DNA of 64,000 nucleotides from an uncultured Nitrososphaerota archaeon (GTDB taxonomy: Archaea; Thermoproteota; EX4484-205; JAAOZP01): NCBI GenBank assembly GCA_964635675.1, contig CAZWPT010000016.1, positions 18,522 to 82,521 of the forward strand, read 5' to 3'. Positions 29,525-38,835 of this stretch are shown here, one piece after another. Under the pieces are notes generated by a model. The model did not search any database, was not told where the DNA came from, and worked only from the letters and a program-made list of their open reading frames with translations. The stretch's first letter is position 1; every line of letters starts with the position of its first letter. Both the position numbers and the translations under genes were made by a program.

Positions 29525-30616
29525 ATGGGTTTAGAGAAATCTTTAGAATGGATTGTTGAAGAAGCTAAAAGGCTTGTCGACAAATCCATGTTGAAGGCTT
29601 CAGACGGAACGGTGCTTTTCAGGCCAGACGGTGGGGGAAACTATAACGCGCTTTGGACGAGAGACTTCTGCTACATGCTTGAAGGCCTCCCTGGCCATAT
29701 CGCGCATGACGACGCTGTTAAAGCCTATTTCTTAATACTCAGGGGTCAGAGAGAAGACGGTGCAATACCGGATAGGGTGGACGCAGACGGGAAACCCTAT
29801 TATAATGTTTTAGGAACAAGCCCTCCGACCGACAACCCCCAGTTCGCGGTTAAGATCGCTTGGGAAATATGGCGTTCCTACGGGGATATTGCCCCCTTCG
29901 CCCAGACTTCAAGAATGCTGACGAAAGCCTTACGCTCTCTCCCTTTAAAGTCGGATCTAGTCTGGATTGACCCGAGCAGCCCGCACTCAGCCTACGGCTT
30001 TACGGACTGTATTGCTAAAACTGGAGGGGAGCTCTTTTCCTCACTACTCCTGTATGAGGCGCATGTTAAAATGGCTGAGCTTTATCAAGCCATTGGGGAA
30101 ACGGTTGAGGCCAGGATGCATGAGGCTGAGGCGCGTAGAGTAAGAAAGGCCCTGGAAAGACTCTGGTCTGGGGAAGGCTATTTCTTCGCAGCCTCTGAAG
30201 ACTGTAGGCAGCCAGACGTATGGGGGTCTGCATACTCGGTATGGATAGGGGCGGTTGACAATCAGAGAGCCCTAGAGGTTTCCCGATGGCTTTCAAGCCG
30301 GTTCAGCAGGATAGTTAAGTGGGGGCAGGTGAGACACCTGCCTGAGCCATGTTTCTGGGAGAAAACGCTTACTGAAGTTGAGCCCGGCACCTATCAGAAC
30401 GGTGCCTACTGGGGAACAGCTTCAGGATGGGTTGCCTACGCCATATCTCTCACCGACCCTCAACTGGCTGAGAGAATGGTGATGAGCCTCGTTGATTTCT
30501 GTAAGTCGGAGGGGAAAGCCTGGGAATGTGTAAACCTGGGCTACAGGAAGTGCCCAGACTACGTGGCTACTTTAGCCTGTCCTTCAGCCCTGGTTGAAAA
30601 GCTGAAAACAAGCTAG
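29525..30616 (+). CDS. hypothetical protein, possibly an (alpha/alpha)6-barrel glycoside hydrolase-like
   Basis: 363 aa. The WTRDFCYM and W-rich segments are reminiscent of six-hairpin glycosidases. There is no firm family assignment. Confidence 0.3.
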   Translation: MGLEKSLEWIVEEAKRLVDKSMLKASDGTVLFRPDGGGNYNALWTRDFCYMLEGLPGHIAHDDAVKAYFLILRGQREDGAIPDRVDADGKPYYNVLGTSPPTDNPQFAVKIAWEIWRSYGDIAPFAQTSRMLTKALRSLPLKSDLVWIDPSSPHSAYGFTDCIAKTGGELFSSLLLYEAHVKMAELYQAIGETVEARMHEAEARRVRKALERLWSGEGYFFAASEDCRQPDVWGSAYSVWIGAVDNQRALEVSRWLSSRFSRIVKWGQVRHLPEPCFWEKTLTEVEPGTYQNGAYWGTASGWVAYAISLTDPQLAERMVMSLVDFCKSEGKAWECVNLGYRKCPDYVATLACPSALVEKLKTS

Positions 30617-30695
30617 TCGGCGTTCTTCAAAACAGGATTTAAAATCGTAAGGCTGGCGGATTTCAAGCCCGGCTTGGAAAACTTCTTAGGCAAGT

Positions 30696-31802
30696 ATGCA
30701 GGGATTCCTGAGGAGAGGAGGGCCAGCCATGGAGGTTAGGGAAAGGATTGTAAGCGTTCTTAGTGGTAGAATGCCCGACAAGATACCTTGGCTAATATAT
30801 TCAAACCATCTCCCCAGGGGGAGTTTTGAACGTAGAATGAGGGAAATGGGGCTTGGGCTGGATGAAAGATGCAGCATCTACAGGATCTTTATGCCGAACG
30901 TGAGGATCGAGAGTAGAACAATCGGAGACTATGTTTACACGACTTACCGTACACCGGTTGGAGAGCTTCACTCCAAGACTCGGATTGGAATGAGATTCCA
31001 ATTCCCAGGCGGCTCCTGGACGGTTGAATATCCAGTCAAAAACACGGATGATGTTAAGGCTTTAAGGTTCATGATAGAGGATACTGTTTACGAGCCGGAT
31101 TACGAGAATTATGTTCGAATAAAGGAGGAACTTGGAGAAGACGGGATTGTCACTGTCTGGGCTGACTACACTCCTTTAATGAAGATAATCGTCAGATACA
31201 TGGGTTTCAGGACTTTTGCATTAATGTACCGCAAAAACCGCGGTGTGATAGAAGACCTGATCAACATTTTAGACGAGAGCTTCTCAAAAATGTACAGGAT
31301 TATAGCTGATTCGCCGGCGGAAATAGTTAGGATAGGCGACAATACTGATTCACTACTGGTATCCCCAAGCCTGTTCGAAAAGTACTGTCTCCCATACTAT
31401 GACAAGTATGCCGAGACCCTTCACGAGAAGGGGAAAATAGTTATTTCACACATGGATGGTAGGCTTAAAGCGCTTAAGAATCTGATTGCTAAAACTAGGC
31501 TTGATGCTATAGAGGCCTTCACACCCCCACCGGGAGGCGATTTACCGCCTAGAGAAGCCAAGGAGGCTTGGAGTGATAAAGCTGTATGGATGAATTTCCC
31601 GGAGGAAGTGTTTCTTAGAACCCCTGAAGAGATTGAACGCTATACCACTGCACTGCTTGAGGAAATAGCTCCTGGAGAAAGCTTCATCATAAGTGTTACT
31701 GAAGACATTCACCCTGAGCATTATAGAAAAGGGATTGAAACAGTAACGAAGACACTCTGCAGGTACGGCGGACTCCCTATAAAGCCGCCTTTAGCCGGCT
31801 GA
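30696..31802 (+). CDS. uroporphyrinogen decarboxylase (URO-D) family protein (the same family as MtaA/MtbA-type methylcobamide methyltransferases)
   Basis: 368 aa. The N-terminus RERIVSVLSGRMPDKIPW and the central and C-terminal regions fit URO-D/CIMS-like conservation (..SPSLFEKYCLPYY.., ..ISHMDG..). The true start is probably MEVRER (30729). Confidence 0.5.
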   Translation: MQGFLRRGGPAMEVRERIVSVLSGRMPDKIPWLIYSNHLPRGSFERRMREMGLGLDERCSIYRIFMPNVRIESRTIGDYVYTTYRTPVGELHSKTRIGMRFQFPGGSWTVEYPVKNTDDVKALRFMIEDTVYEPDYENYVRIKEELGEDGIVTVWADYTPLMKIIVRYMGFRTFALMYRKNRGVIEDLINILDESFSKMYRIIADSPAEIVRIGDNTDSLLVSPSLFEKYCLPYYDKYAETLHEKGKIVISHMDGRLKALKNLIAKTRLDAIEAFTPPPGGDLPPREAKEAWSDKAVWMNFPEEVFLRTPEEIERYTTALLEEIAPGESFIISVTEDIHPEHYRKGIETVTKTLCRYGGLPIKPPLAG

Positions 31803-31952
31803 CTGGAAGCCTAGTTCACCAGAGTAGCGAAGCATGGAAAGTAGACAAGCCTAGACGGTTAAGTATACAAGTGGAACCCGTGAATAGGAAAAATGTTTTC
31901 CCTTTCACCAAAAAGTTAAAATATTTTCAACATCTCATTGTAACGATGCAAA

Positions 31953-32708
31953 ATGGGAATAGCACTGCAGCTTTACTCGGTGCGTGAAGACTGCGCTAAG
32001 GATTTTAATGGAACCCTTAAGGCGGTTGCCGAAATGGGTTATGAAGGCGTTGAGTTCGCCGGATATTATGGTAGGAGCGCCGAAAACCTTAGGAGTATTC
32101 TTGACGACCTCGGTTTGAAAGTGGCTGGAACACACATCGGCGTAAACACCCTGCTAGGTGAAGAGTTCGACAAGACTGTAGAATTCAACCGCATCCTAGG
32201 AAACAGGTTTCTAATAATTCCTGGTCTACCGGCGGAAATGCTGAGCTCAAAAACAAAGTGTCTCGAAACAGCCGGCTTGTTCAACGATATTGCTAGAAGG
32301 CTTAGGAAAGAAGGGATGAGGATAGGCTATCATAATCACATGGCTGAGTTCAAAAAGGTTGACGGGGAGAGAATATGGGACCTGTTTTTCAGCTCCACCA
32401 TCCCCGAGGTGGTGATGCAGCTCGACACTGGGAACGCGATGCACGGGGGAGTGGATGCGGAAGGCGTTCTGGAGATCATCCGGAAGTACCCTGGCAGAGC
32501 CGTAACCGTGCATGTGAAAGAGTATTCCTCTAAAGACCCTAAGGCGGTGGTTGGAGAAGGGGAAATGAGGTGGCGTGAATTCTTCGAGCTGTGTAAAACA
32601 ATTGGTGGAACCGAGTGGTATATTGTTGAGCAGGAGAGCTATGCCTACCGGCCTCTCGAATGCGTGAAGCGCTGCCTAGAAAACCTTAGAAGAATGAGGC
32701 TTGTGTAG
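31953..32708 (+). CDS. sugar phosphate isomerase/epimerase (xylose isomerase-like TIM barrel)
   Basis: 251 aa with the N-terminal GIALQLYSVRED...GYEGVEFAGYY typical of AP endonuclease 2 / xylose isomerase-like TIM proteins. Confidence 0.7.
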   Translation: MGIALQLYSVREDCAKDFNGTLKAVAEMGYEGVEFAGYYGRSAENLRSILDDLGLKVAGTHIGVNTLLGEEFDKTVEFNRILGNRFLIIPGLPAEMLSSKTKCLETAGLFNDIARRLRKEGMRIGYHNHMAEFKKVDGERIWDLFFSSTIPEVVMQLDTGNAMHGGVDAEGVLEIIRKYPGRAVTVHVKEYSSKDPKAVVGEGEMRWREFFELCKTIGGTEWYIVEQESYAYRPLECVKRCLENLRRMRLV

Positions 32709-32853
32709 GGTCCTTTTTCAAAATCAATTTTAAACTATTTTTAAAAGCCTAAATCAATCGTCTTCGCGTGTTAGAAAGCAATTTAGAATACTAAAGTTTA
32801 AAAAGACACATTAAACTTTAAAATCTTAGAAGATTGGAAGGAGGAATGCGTAA

Positions 32854-33642
32854 ATGAAGATATTGTACGAATTTATTCCGAAAGCAGACTTTTTAATTTT
32901 AGCGGAAGAAATAAAGGATTTAGTAGATGGTTTTAACATCACCGATAGTGCAGGGGGAATACCTGCTCCCAGCGCTACTGCAGTAGCCTGCGCGGTTAAG
33001 ATAAAGTATCCTCAAAAAATAATAATTCCAATGCTTATTACTAATTATAAAGGACCGGTTGAAATTGCTGCTGTAGCAAGTGCTTGTGAAGCCTTAGGAA
33101 TTTACGGAATGGTACCTGATCCGGGAGATGCTCCCAGATACGGATACCCAATAAGGACGAGAAAAGACGGAACCTGTGAAATTCTTTCCGATAAGGAGGA
33201 GATTGAAAGATTTAGGCGTGAAACTGGTCCTGCAGAAGAGGTTAGAGATTTCCTGCGTAATACCGTGAAGATTAAAAAGTTGAAATTAGGCTGTCTCTTA
33301 ACTAGTCGCAGACCTACGCAAGAGGCAATTGCACGCATAAGAGACGCTTGGGATTTCTCCCTTTTTCTGCGGTTAGAAAAGAGCTCTCTACCAAAGTTAA
33401 AAGAATTGGCTTTGGAGTGTAAAAACTTAGGAAAACCCATTTATCCATATTTTGTGGTTGAGACACCTAAAAATAAAAAGATTCTGGAAAGAATCGGATG
33501 GCCTTCTACAACAACCCTGGAAAAAGCGGAAGAATTTTTAGAAGAGCTTCAAGGAGTAGTAGACGGTATAATTTCTACTTGTCTGGGAGATATTGAGGCA
33601 GATAAAAAGTTGCTTAATAAACTGCAGAAATTTAGAGAATAA
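32854..33642 (+). CDS. methylenetetrahydrofolate reductase (MetF/MTHFR)-like protein
   Basis: 262 aa. The LYEFIPK motif matches MetF SFEFFPP and NITDSAGG matches VTYGANSG, and the layout matches the MTHFR TIM barrel. The gene is markedly AT-richer than its neighbours and is preceded by a strong bacterial-type SD (GGAAGGAGG). Confidence 0.5.
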   Translation: MKILYEFIPKADFLILAEEIKDLVDGFNITDSAGGIPAPSATAVACAVKIKYPQKIIIPMLITNYKGPVEIAAVASACEALGIYGMVPDPGDAPRYGYPIRTRKDGTCEILSDKEEIERFRRETGPAEEVRDFLRNTVKIKKLKLGCLLTSRRPTQEAIARIRDAWDFSLFLRLEKSSLPKLKELALECKNLGKPIYPYFVVETPKNKKILERIGWPSTTTLEKAEEFLEELQGVVDGIISTCLGDIEADKKLLNKLQKFRE

Positions 33643-34061
33643 GACGGGGAGAGATAAGAGAGAAAAATTTATTTTGGCGACGCAAGCTAGATCGCAACTT
33701 AGAGATAGCTAAACATCTCAAAAAAAATCCTTGGAAACGGGAGAGGGGAAGCCCTCTGGAAGATGAAGGTTCTGTCGGAGCACGCGACCCATGCGTAGAA
33801 TTGCCGAGGAAAGAGATGATTACTGAGCCGAATTAAAGCTCGCTACAACATTTAATGATTTTATTTATAGTATCGATGCGTGAAAACAATGGAGGATAAG
33901 CGTGCTAACGCCTAGGGGTTGAATTTTCATATCTCTATGGATTGAAAGGAACCTGAGACATATAGAAGTCATTAAAAGGCTGATGGCGTAGAGCGCCCCA
34001 TAGTCTCAGAAAGCCTTAAATGTTGGCTGTTTGTCATGCATGGGAAAGGAGGCGTTGAATA

Positions 34062-35798
34062 ATGCCGGTGAAAAAAAGCTGGCCGGTGCCGAGCGATATT
34101 GAAATCGCTTACAAAACCGAGCTTTACCCAATTAAAAAGGTTGCGGAGCATGCTGGGATTCTGGAAGAAGAATTGGAGCCCCATGGGAAATACGTGGCTA
34201 AAATCGATTATAGGAGCGTTCTCAACAGGCTGAAAAACAGGCCCAATGGAAAATTGATTATCGTAACTGCAATCACCCCCACGCCACTCGGCGAGGGAAA
34301 GACAACAGTCTCCATAGGTTTGGGCCAAGCCTTCTACGAAAGAGGTTTAAAGGTTATCAATACTCTGCGAGAACCATCTAAGGGTGTTACGTTTGGAATA
34401 AAGGGAGGCGCAACCGGAGGCGGCTACTCCCAAGTCCTGCCGATGGACAGGATTAATCTTAATTTCACAGGAGACATACCAGCGGTGGAAATTGCCCATA
34501 ACCTTTGTGCAGCAGCCATAGATGCTAGCATACTTCACGGAAACCCTTTAAGCATCGACCCCCTATCAATCGAATGGCCCTATTGCATGGATGTGGAGGC
34601 GAGGGCTTTAAGACGAGCCGTCATAGGATTGGGAGGAAGGTCAAACGGTTACCCTAGGGAGGCGCGCTGGAGCATAACTGTAGCGACGGAAACAGCGGCC
34701 ATTCACGCATTAGCCACTGGGCTGGAAGATTTAAGAAACAGGCTTGGAAGAGCTGTTGTAGCCTACACCTATAGTAGAAAACCGGTAACGTGCGAAGAGC
34801 TTGGAGTAGCCGGGGCCATGGCAGCTCTGCTCGTGGAAGCCATTAAGCCTAATCTAGTCCAATCCACAGAGGGCCACCCTGTTTTAATCCATGGATTCCC
34901 GTTTGCCAACATAGCGCATGGTACCAACTCGATAATAGCTGATCTAGTGGCTTTGAAGCTTGCGGATTACGTTATCTGCGAGACCGGGTTTGGCTCTGAA
35001 TGCGGCTTCTCCAAGTTCTGCGATATTGTATGCCGCCAGTCCCCCGAGATAAGGCCTGATTGCGCCGTCATCGTCTGCACGGTTAGAGCCCTTAAAGAAC
35101 ACGGCGGCGCCTTCCTGCTTAGCCCAGGAAAGCCCTATAAGAAGGTTAAAAGGGCGGCTGAGACGGAAAACCTCCAAGCGGTTGAAAAAGGTTGTGAGAA
35201 TTTAGCTAGACACATAGAAATAGTCCATAAATACGGTATTCCCGCCGTAGTAGCCGTCAACAGGTTTACCACTGACACTGAGAGGGAGATAAGGCTGGTG
35301 TGTGAAAAAGCCATTGAGGCTGGCGCCGATGACGTTGCCGTTGTAGACCCCTGGTCCAAAGGAGGGGAGGGTTGCCAGGAACTCGTTGACAAGGTTCTTG
35401 AAGCGATGAGGAAGCCGCGCGAGCTGAGGTTTCTTTACTCGGATGAAGCCACCATCAAGGAGAAAATAGAGACCATAGCTACAGAGCTCTATGGAGCTGG
35501 CGACGTGAAATATTCCCCTGAAGCAGAGGAAAAGATAGAGTTTTACAGTAGCCTAGGGTACGACAGGCTTCCGGTAAACATGGCTAAAACACCCCTCTCC
35601 CTTTCGCACGACCCTCTCTGGAAGAATGTGCCTAAGAACTACACGCTTCCAGTCAACGACATTTTCGTCTTCGTTGGAGCCGGCTTCCTTATCCCGATAT
35701 GCGGCGAAATACAGCTTATGCCCGGTCTCCCGAGGAAACCCGCCTTCCTAGGGGTCGACGTGGAAACGGAAACCGGAAGGATAAGAGGCCTCTTCTAG
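34062..35798 (+). CDS. fhs: formate--tetrahydrofolate ligase
   Basis: 578 aa with the FTHFS signature PTPLGEGKTT and full-length conservation. A perfect SD GGAGG sits 9 nt upstream of the ATG. Confidence 0.92.
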   Translation: MPVKKSWPVPSDIEIAYKTELYPIKKVAEHAGILEEELEPHGKYVAKIDYRSVLNRLKNRPNGKLIIVTAITPTPLGEGKTTVSIGLGQAFYERGLKVINTLREPSKGVTFGIKGGATGGGYSQVLPMDRINLNFTGDIPAVEIAHNLCAAAIDASILHGNPLSIDPLSIEWPYCMDVEARALRRAVIGLGGRSNGYPREARWSITVATETAAIHALATGLEDLRNRLGRAVVAYTYSRKPVTCEELGVAGAMAALLVEAIKPNLVQSTEGHPVLIHGFPFANIAHGTNSIIADLVALKLADYVICETGFGSECGFSKFCDIVCRQSPEIRPDCAVIVCTVRALKEHGGAFLLSPGKPYKKVKRAAETENLQAVEKGCENLARHIEIVHKYGIPAVVAVNRFTTDTEREIRLVCEKAIEAGADDVAVVDPWSKGGEGCQELVDKVLEAMRKPRELRFLYSDEATIKEKIETIATELYGAGDVKYSPEAEEKIEFYSSLGYDRLPVNMAKTPLSLSHDPLWKNVPKNYTLPVNDIFVFVGAGFLIPICGEIQLMPGLPRKPAFLGVDVETETGRIRGLF

Positions 35799-35990
35799 AG
35801 TGTCTGCCCACAATTCCTTCAAACATTACGAGCTGTGTGATGAAGCGCTTGAAAACCCGTGCAGAACATAACGCTCTTAGACTAGAGAGGCCGCTTTAGA
35901 AACAATCGTTGCGAGGCTCCTCAGCCTAACCATCAAGGGCTAAGTGTCCACTATGATTCTAAAAGTATAAAAAGGGGGTAGAGGAAAGGG

Positions 35991-36905
35991 ATGAGGATGT
36001 TCAGGTTTAAGCAGGAGCAGAAAATTTTTGATATTGCCGGCGTGAAGGTTGGTGGCCAGCCGGGTCAACTACCTACTGTAATGATAGGAAGCATATTCTA
36101 TGGTAAACAGAAAATATTTGAGGATGAGAAGGCTGGAGTGTTCTCTAAAGAGAAGGCTGAAGACCTCTTGAATAAGGAGGGGGAGATATCGGATAAAACC
36201 GGTAATCCGAGGATTGTAGACGTATGCTGCACATGGCCCCAGGCTTTTGGAAAACTCATCGAGTTCGTGGCTGACAAGATCGACGGGCCCCTCGCTATAG
36301 ACGGAACTACTGAGGAGGCGAGGATTGCAGGAGCCAGATACGTCGGTGAAGTCGGGTTGTCTGAACGCGTCGTCTACAACTCGATAATGCCGCATATTAA
36401 AGAGGCTGAGATAGCCGCGATTAGGGAGGCTAGGATCAAGTCCGCCGTCTTACTGACGTATAACGCTAAAAGCCCTACGATAGCAGGGAGAATGCAGGTG
36501 CTTGATGAGCTTTTAGCCTTAGCCTCGAAAGCTGGTGTCGAGAAAATCCTGGTGGATACGACTGTCCTCGACATCCCAGACCCGGGACCAGTCAGCAAAG
36601 TCGTCTACCTGGTAAAGGAGAAATACGGGTTACCAGCCGGGGCGGGAACGCATAACGCAGTCCAGAGGTGGAATAAGATGCGGAGAATGGATAAAACACT
36701 GTTCTCAATCGCAAGCAGCGTAGCCGACGTGCTTCCCATATTCATGGGGGCGAACTTCGTAATATATGGGCCTATAGACAATGCTTTAAACGCGTATTTC
36801 CACTGTGCACTGGCTGACGCTTACGTGGCTTACAGCATGCGGCAGGAGTTTGGAACAAGACCATTAACCAGCAACCATCCGTTGTTCAAAATATTCAAGG
36901 CATAG
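35991..36905 (+). CDS. MtrH/AcsE-family pterin-binding methyltransferase (methyl-THF/H4MPT:corrinoid methyltransferase-like)
   Basis: 304 aa. The N-terminus MFRFKQEQKIFDIAGVKVGGQPGQLPTVMIGSIFY closely follows the MtrH family start. Confidence 0.65.
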   Translation: MRMFRFKQEQKIFDIAGVKVGGQPGQLPTVMIGSIFYGKQKIFEDEKAGVFSKEKAEDLLNKEGEISDKTGNPRIVDVCCTWPQAFGKLIEFVADKIDGPLAIDGTTEEARIAGARYVGEVGLSERVVYNSIMPHIKEAEIAAIREARIKSAVLLTYNAKSPTIAGRMQVLDELLALASKAGVEKILVDTTVLDIPDPGPVSKVVYLVKEKYGLPAGAGTHNAVQRWNKMRRMDKTLFSIASSVADVLPIFMGANFVIYGPIDNALNAYFHCALADAYVAYSMRQEFGTRPLTSNHPLFKIFKA

Positions 36906-37046
36906 GGAGAACTCGACTAGCGGGATTGGGGTTGGCTTCAAACGTTCGCTTATGCCTGCTGACATTCCGAGTGATGGTTTTCGCTGGTCGTGTCAGCCAG
37001 CTAGAGACATGAGCGCTATTAAGCTTGTAGGCTTGGCAAAACTCTT

Positions 37047-37748
37047 TCAACACCTGTCTTGTAGGGGTTTCTCCTCCCCTCCGCGAAGTATCCTAGCCTT
37101 CCCGTGCTCAACTATGATTCTTCCTTCCTGGAAAAGACGGATCCCTTCCACCAAGGCTTCACCCTCAGCCTCTTGAACCCTCCTCTTCAAAGTCTCCTCA
37201 TCGTCATCTTCCCTGACCTCAACAGCCTTCTGTATTATTATTGGTCCAGCATCCATTTTCTCGTCAACAAAGTGGAGGGTGCAACCTGTAATCTTCACTC
37301 CGGATTCAAGCACTGCGCGATGGACGTTTAGGTCCCAGCCTAGAAAGGCTGGGAGAAGCGAGGGATGAATATTCATAATCCTATTCCTAAACTTTTTCAC
37401 GAACTGGGGGCTTAGGATCCTGTTATAACCTATGAGCAGCACGAGGTCAACCTTCCTACGCTCAAGCTCCACGGCGACCTGCATATCGTAATCCACAGGA
37501 TCCTTACCCTTAGGGTCTATGAATATTGCCTCTATACCGTTTCGTCTCGCCCGCTCCAGTGCGTACGCGTCCTTCTTATTGCTTATGAGACAGACTATTT
37601 CAGCATTCAATCTTTTGTCTCTAATAGCCTCCAGGATGGGCTCCATGTCGGTAGCGCGGGTTGATGCAAGTATACCTATTCTCAGCAACGCGCACACACT
37701 ACGAGGCCTCGGAGGCGCATTCCACCAGATTACGTATGATGGTCGCAA
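37047..37748 (-). CDS. purN: phosphoribosylglycinamide formyltransferase
   Basis: Formyl-transferase core (RIGILAS..., NIHPSLLPAFLG, HFVDEKMDAGPII). The track start (TTG 37748) overlaps the folD 3' end. The true start is probably near 37688. Confidence 0.75.
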   Translation of the reverse strand: MRPSYVIWWNAPPRPRSVCALLRIGILASTRATDMEPILEAIRDKRLNAEIVCLISNKKDAYALERARRNGIEAIFIDPKGKDPVDYDMQVAVELERRKVDLVLLIGYNRILSPQFVKKFRNRIMNIHPSLLPAFLGWDLNVHRAVLESGVKITGCTLHFVDEKMDAGPIIIQKAVEVREDDDEETLKRRVQEAEGEALVEGIRLFQEGRIIVEHGKARILRGGEEKPLQDRC

Positions 37749-38532
37749 CCGTCACCGGGCCCACCCCACCAGGAACCGGGGTTATCGCGGACACTTTTTG
37801 GGAAACGTTTTGAAAATCCACATCTCCCACGAGAGTGCCTTCGACGAAGCTGGTTCCAGCATCGATTACTACTGCGCCTTCAGCAACCATTTCGTCGGTT
37901 ATGAGCCGTGGGACACCGGTTGCAGAGATTAAGACATCCGCTTCCAGTGTCTTCTCGCTCAAGTTTTTAGTCTTGACGTGGCAAACGGTGACTGTTGCCA
38001 TTCGCGAGGTAAGCATCGCGAACAGGGGCCTTCCGACTAGTATACTGTTGTTCACGACGACAACATCAGCACTCTCAACGTTAATTCCATACCACTCCAA
38101 AATCCTAATCACAGCGTTTGCCGTCGCCGTGGGCCTGGCTTCCCGACCAGATAGCAATCTTCCAAGGTTTACCGGGTGCAGACCGTCAACGTCCTTCCTA
38201 ACGTCTAAGGCTTCCAATACGTTCAGCGGCGACACGTTTTTCGGAAGTGGTAGTTGAACCACTATACCATGAACACCTGTATCCTTATTCAACTCCTTTA
38301 TGAGCGAGATGAGCTCGGCCTCGGAAGGATTGTTAAGCTCATGCACCACTGCTCTCCCCCCTACAGAGTTGCAGGCTTTAGCCTTCATCTTAACGAAAGA
38401 ATCCTGGGCCTTTGAACCTGAAGCCTTTATAATGTGTAGTGATGGTGTGAAACCCAGCTTCTCGATCCTTGCCTTAGCCTCAGCCAGAATAGCGTCAGCC
38501 ACCGGCTTACCACTCAATATCCTAGCCGCCAT
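37699..38532 (-). CDS. folD: bifunctional methylenetetrahydrofolate dehydrogenase / methenyl-THF cyclohydrolase
   Basis: 277 aa. The FolD N-terminus ILSGKPVADAILAEAKARIE, VVQLPLPKNV and a C-terminal Rossmann domain are all present. Confidence 0.88.
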   Translation of the reverse strand: MAARILSGKPVADAILAEAKARIEKLGFTPSLHIIKASGSKAQDSFVKMKAKACNSVGGRAVVHELNNPSEAELISLIKELNKDTGVHGIVVQLPLPKNVSPLNVLEALDVRKDVDGLHPVNLGRLLSGREARPTATANAVIRILEWYGINVESADVVVVNNSILVGRPLFAMLTSRMATVTVCHVKTKNLSEKTLEADVLISATGVPRLITDEMVAEGAVVIDAGTSFVEGTLVGDVDFQNVSQKVSAITPVPGGVGPVTVATIIRNLVECASEAS

Positions 38533-38835
38533 CAGGAATCACCTTGGGCCCTTGTAAATCGTGAACCCCGACGCAAGAACCCTTGAAACGAGGGGGACGC
38601 ATCCACGTGTCCTGCTGAAGCCTACTTTCCAACCATGAGAGTTACGCCCATCTCTATTGCCAGCTTCATCAACCTTTACCAGTTCTCCAGCCAATGAGAC
38701 ATCGCGTCCTTCTCAAACACATGCGTCCTTATAAATGCTTCGATTCTGTTTCCCCCATCAGCCGAAATTTTATAAACCTTTAAAGCGCGAACCCCGGGAT
38801 GAGCAGCGCTTTCAACACGTGGGTTTCTAACGTTC

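Noticed and set aside
33643-34061. A specific riboswitch class (ZTP/pfl or THF) upstream of fhs
   Set aside because: A visual comparison with the remembered ZTP and THF consensus elements gave no convincing match. I kept it only as a generic structured-leader candidate pending an Rfam/Infernal scan.
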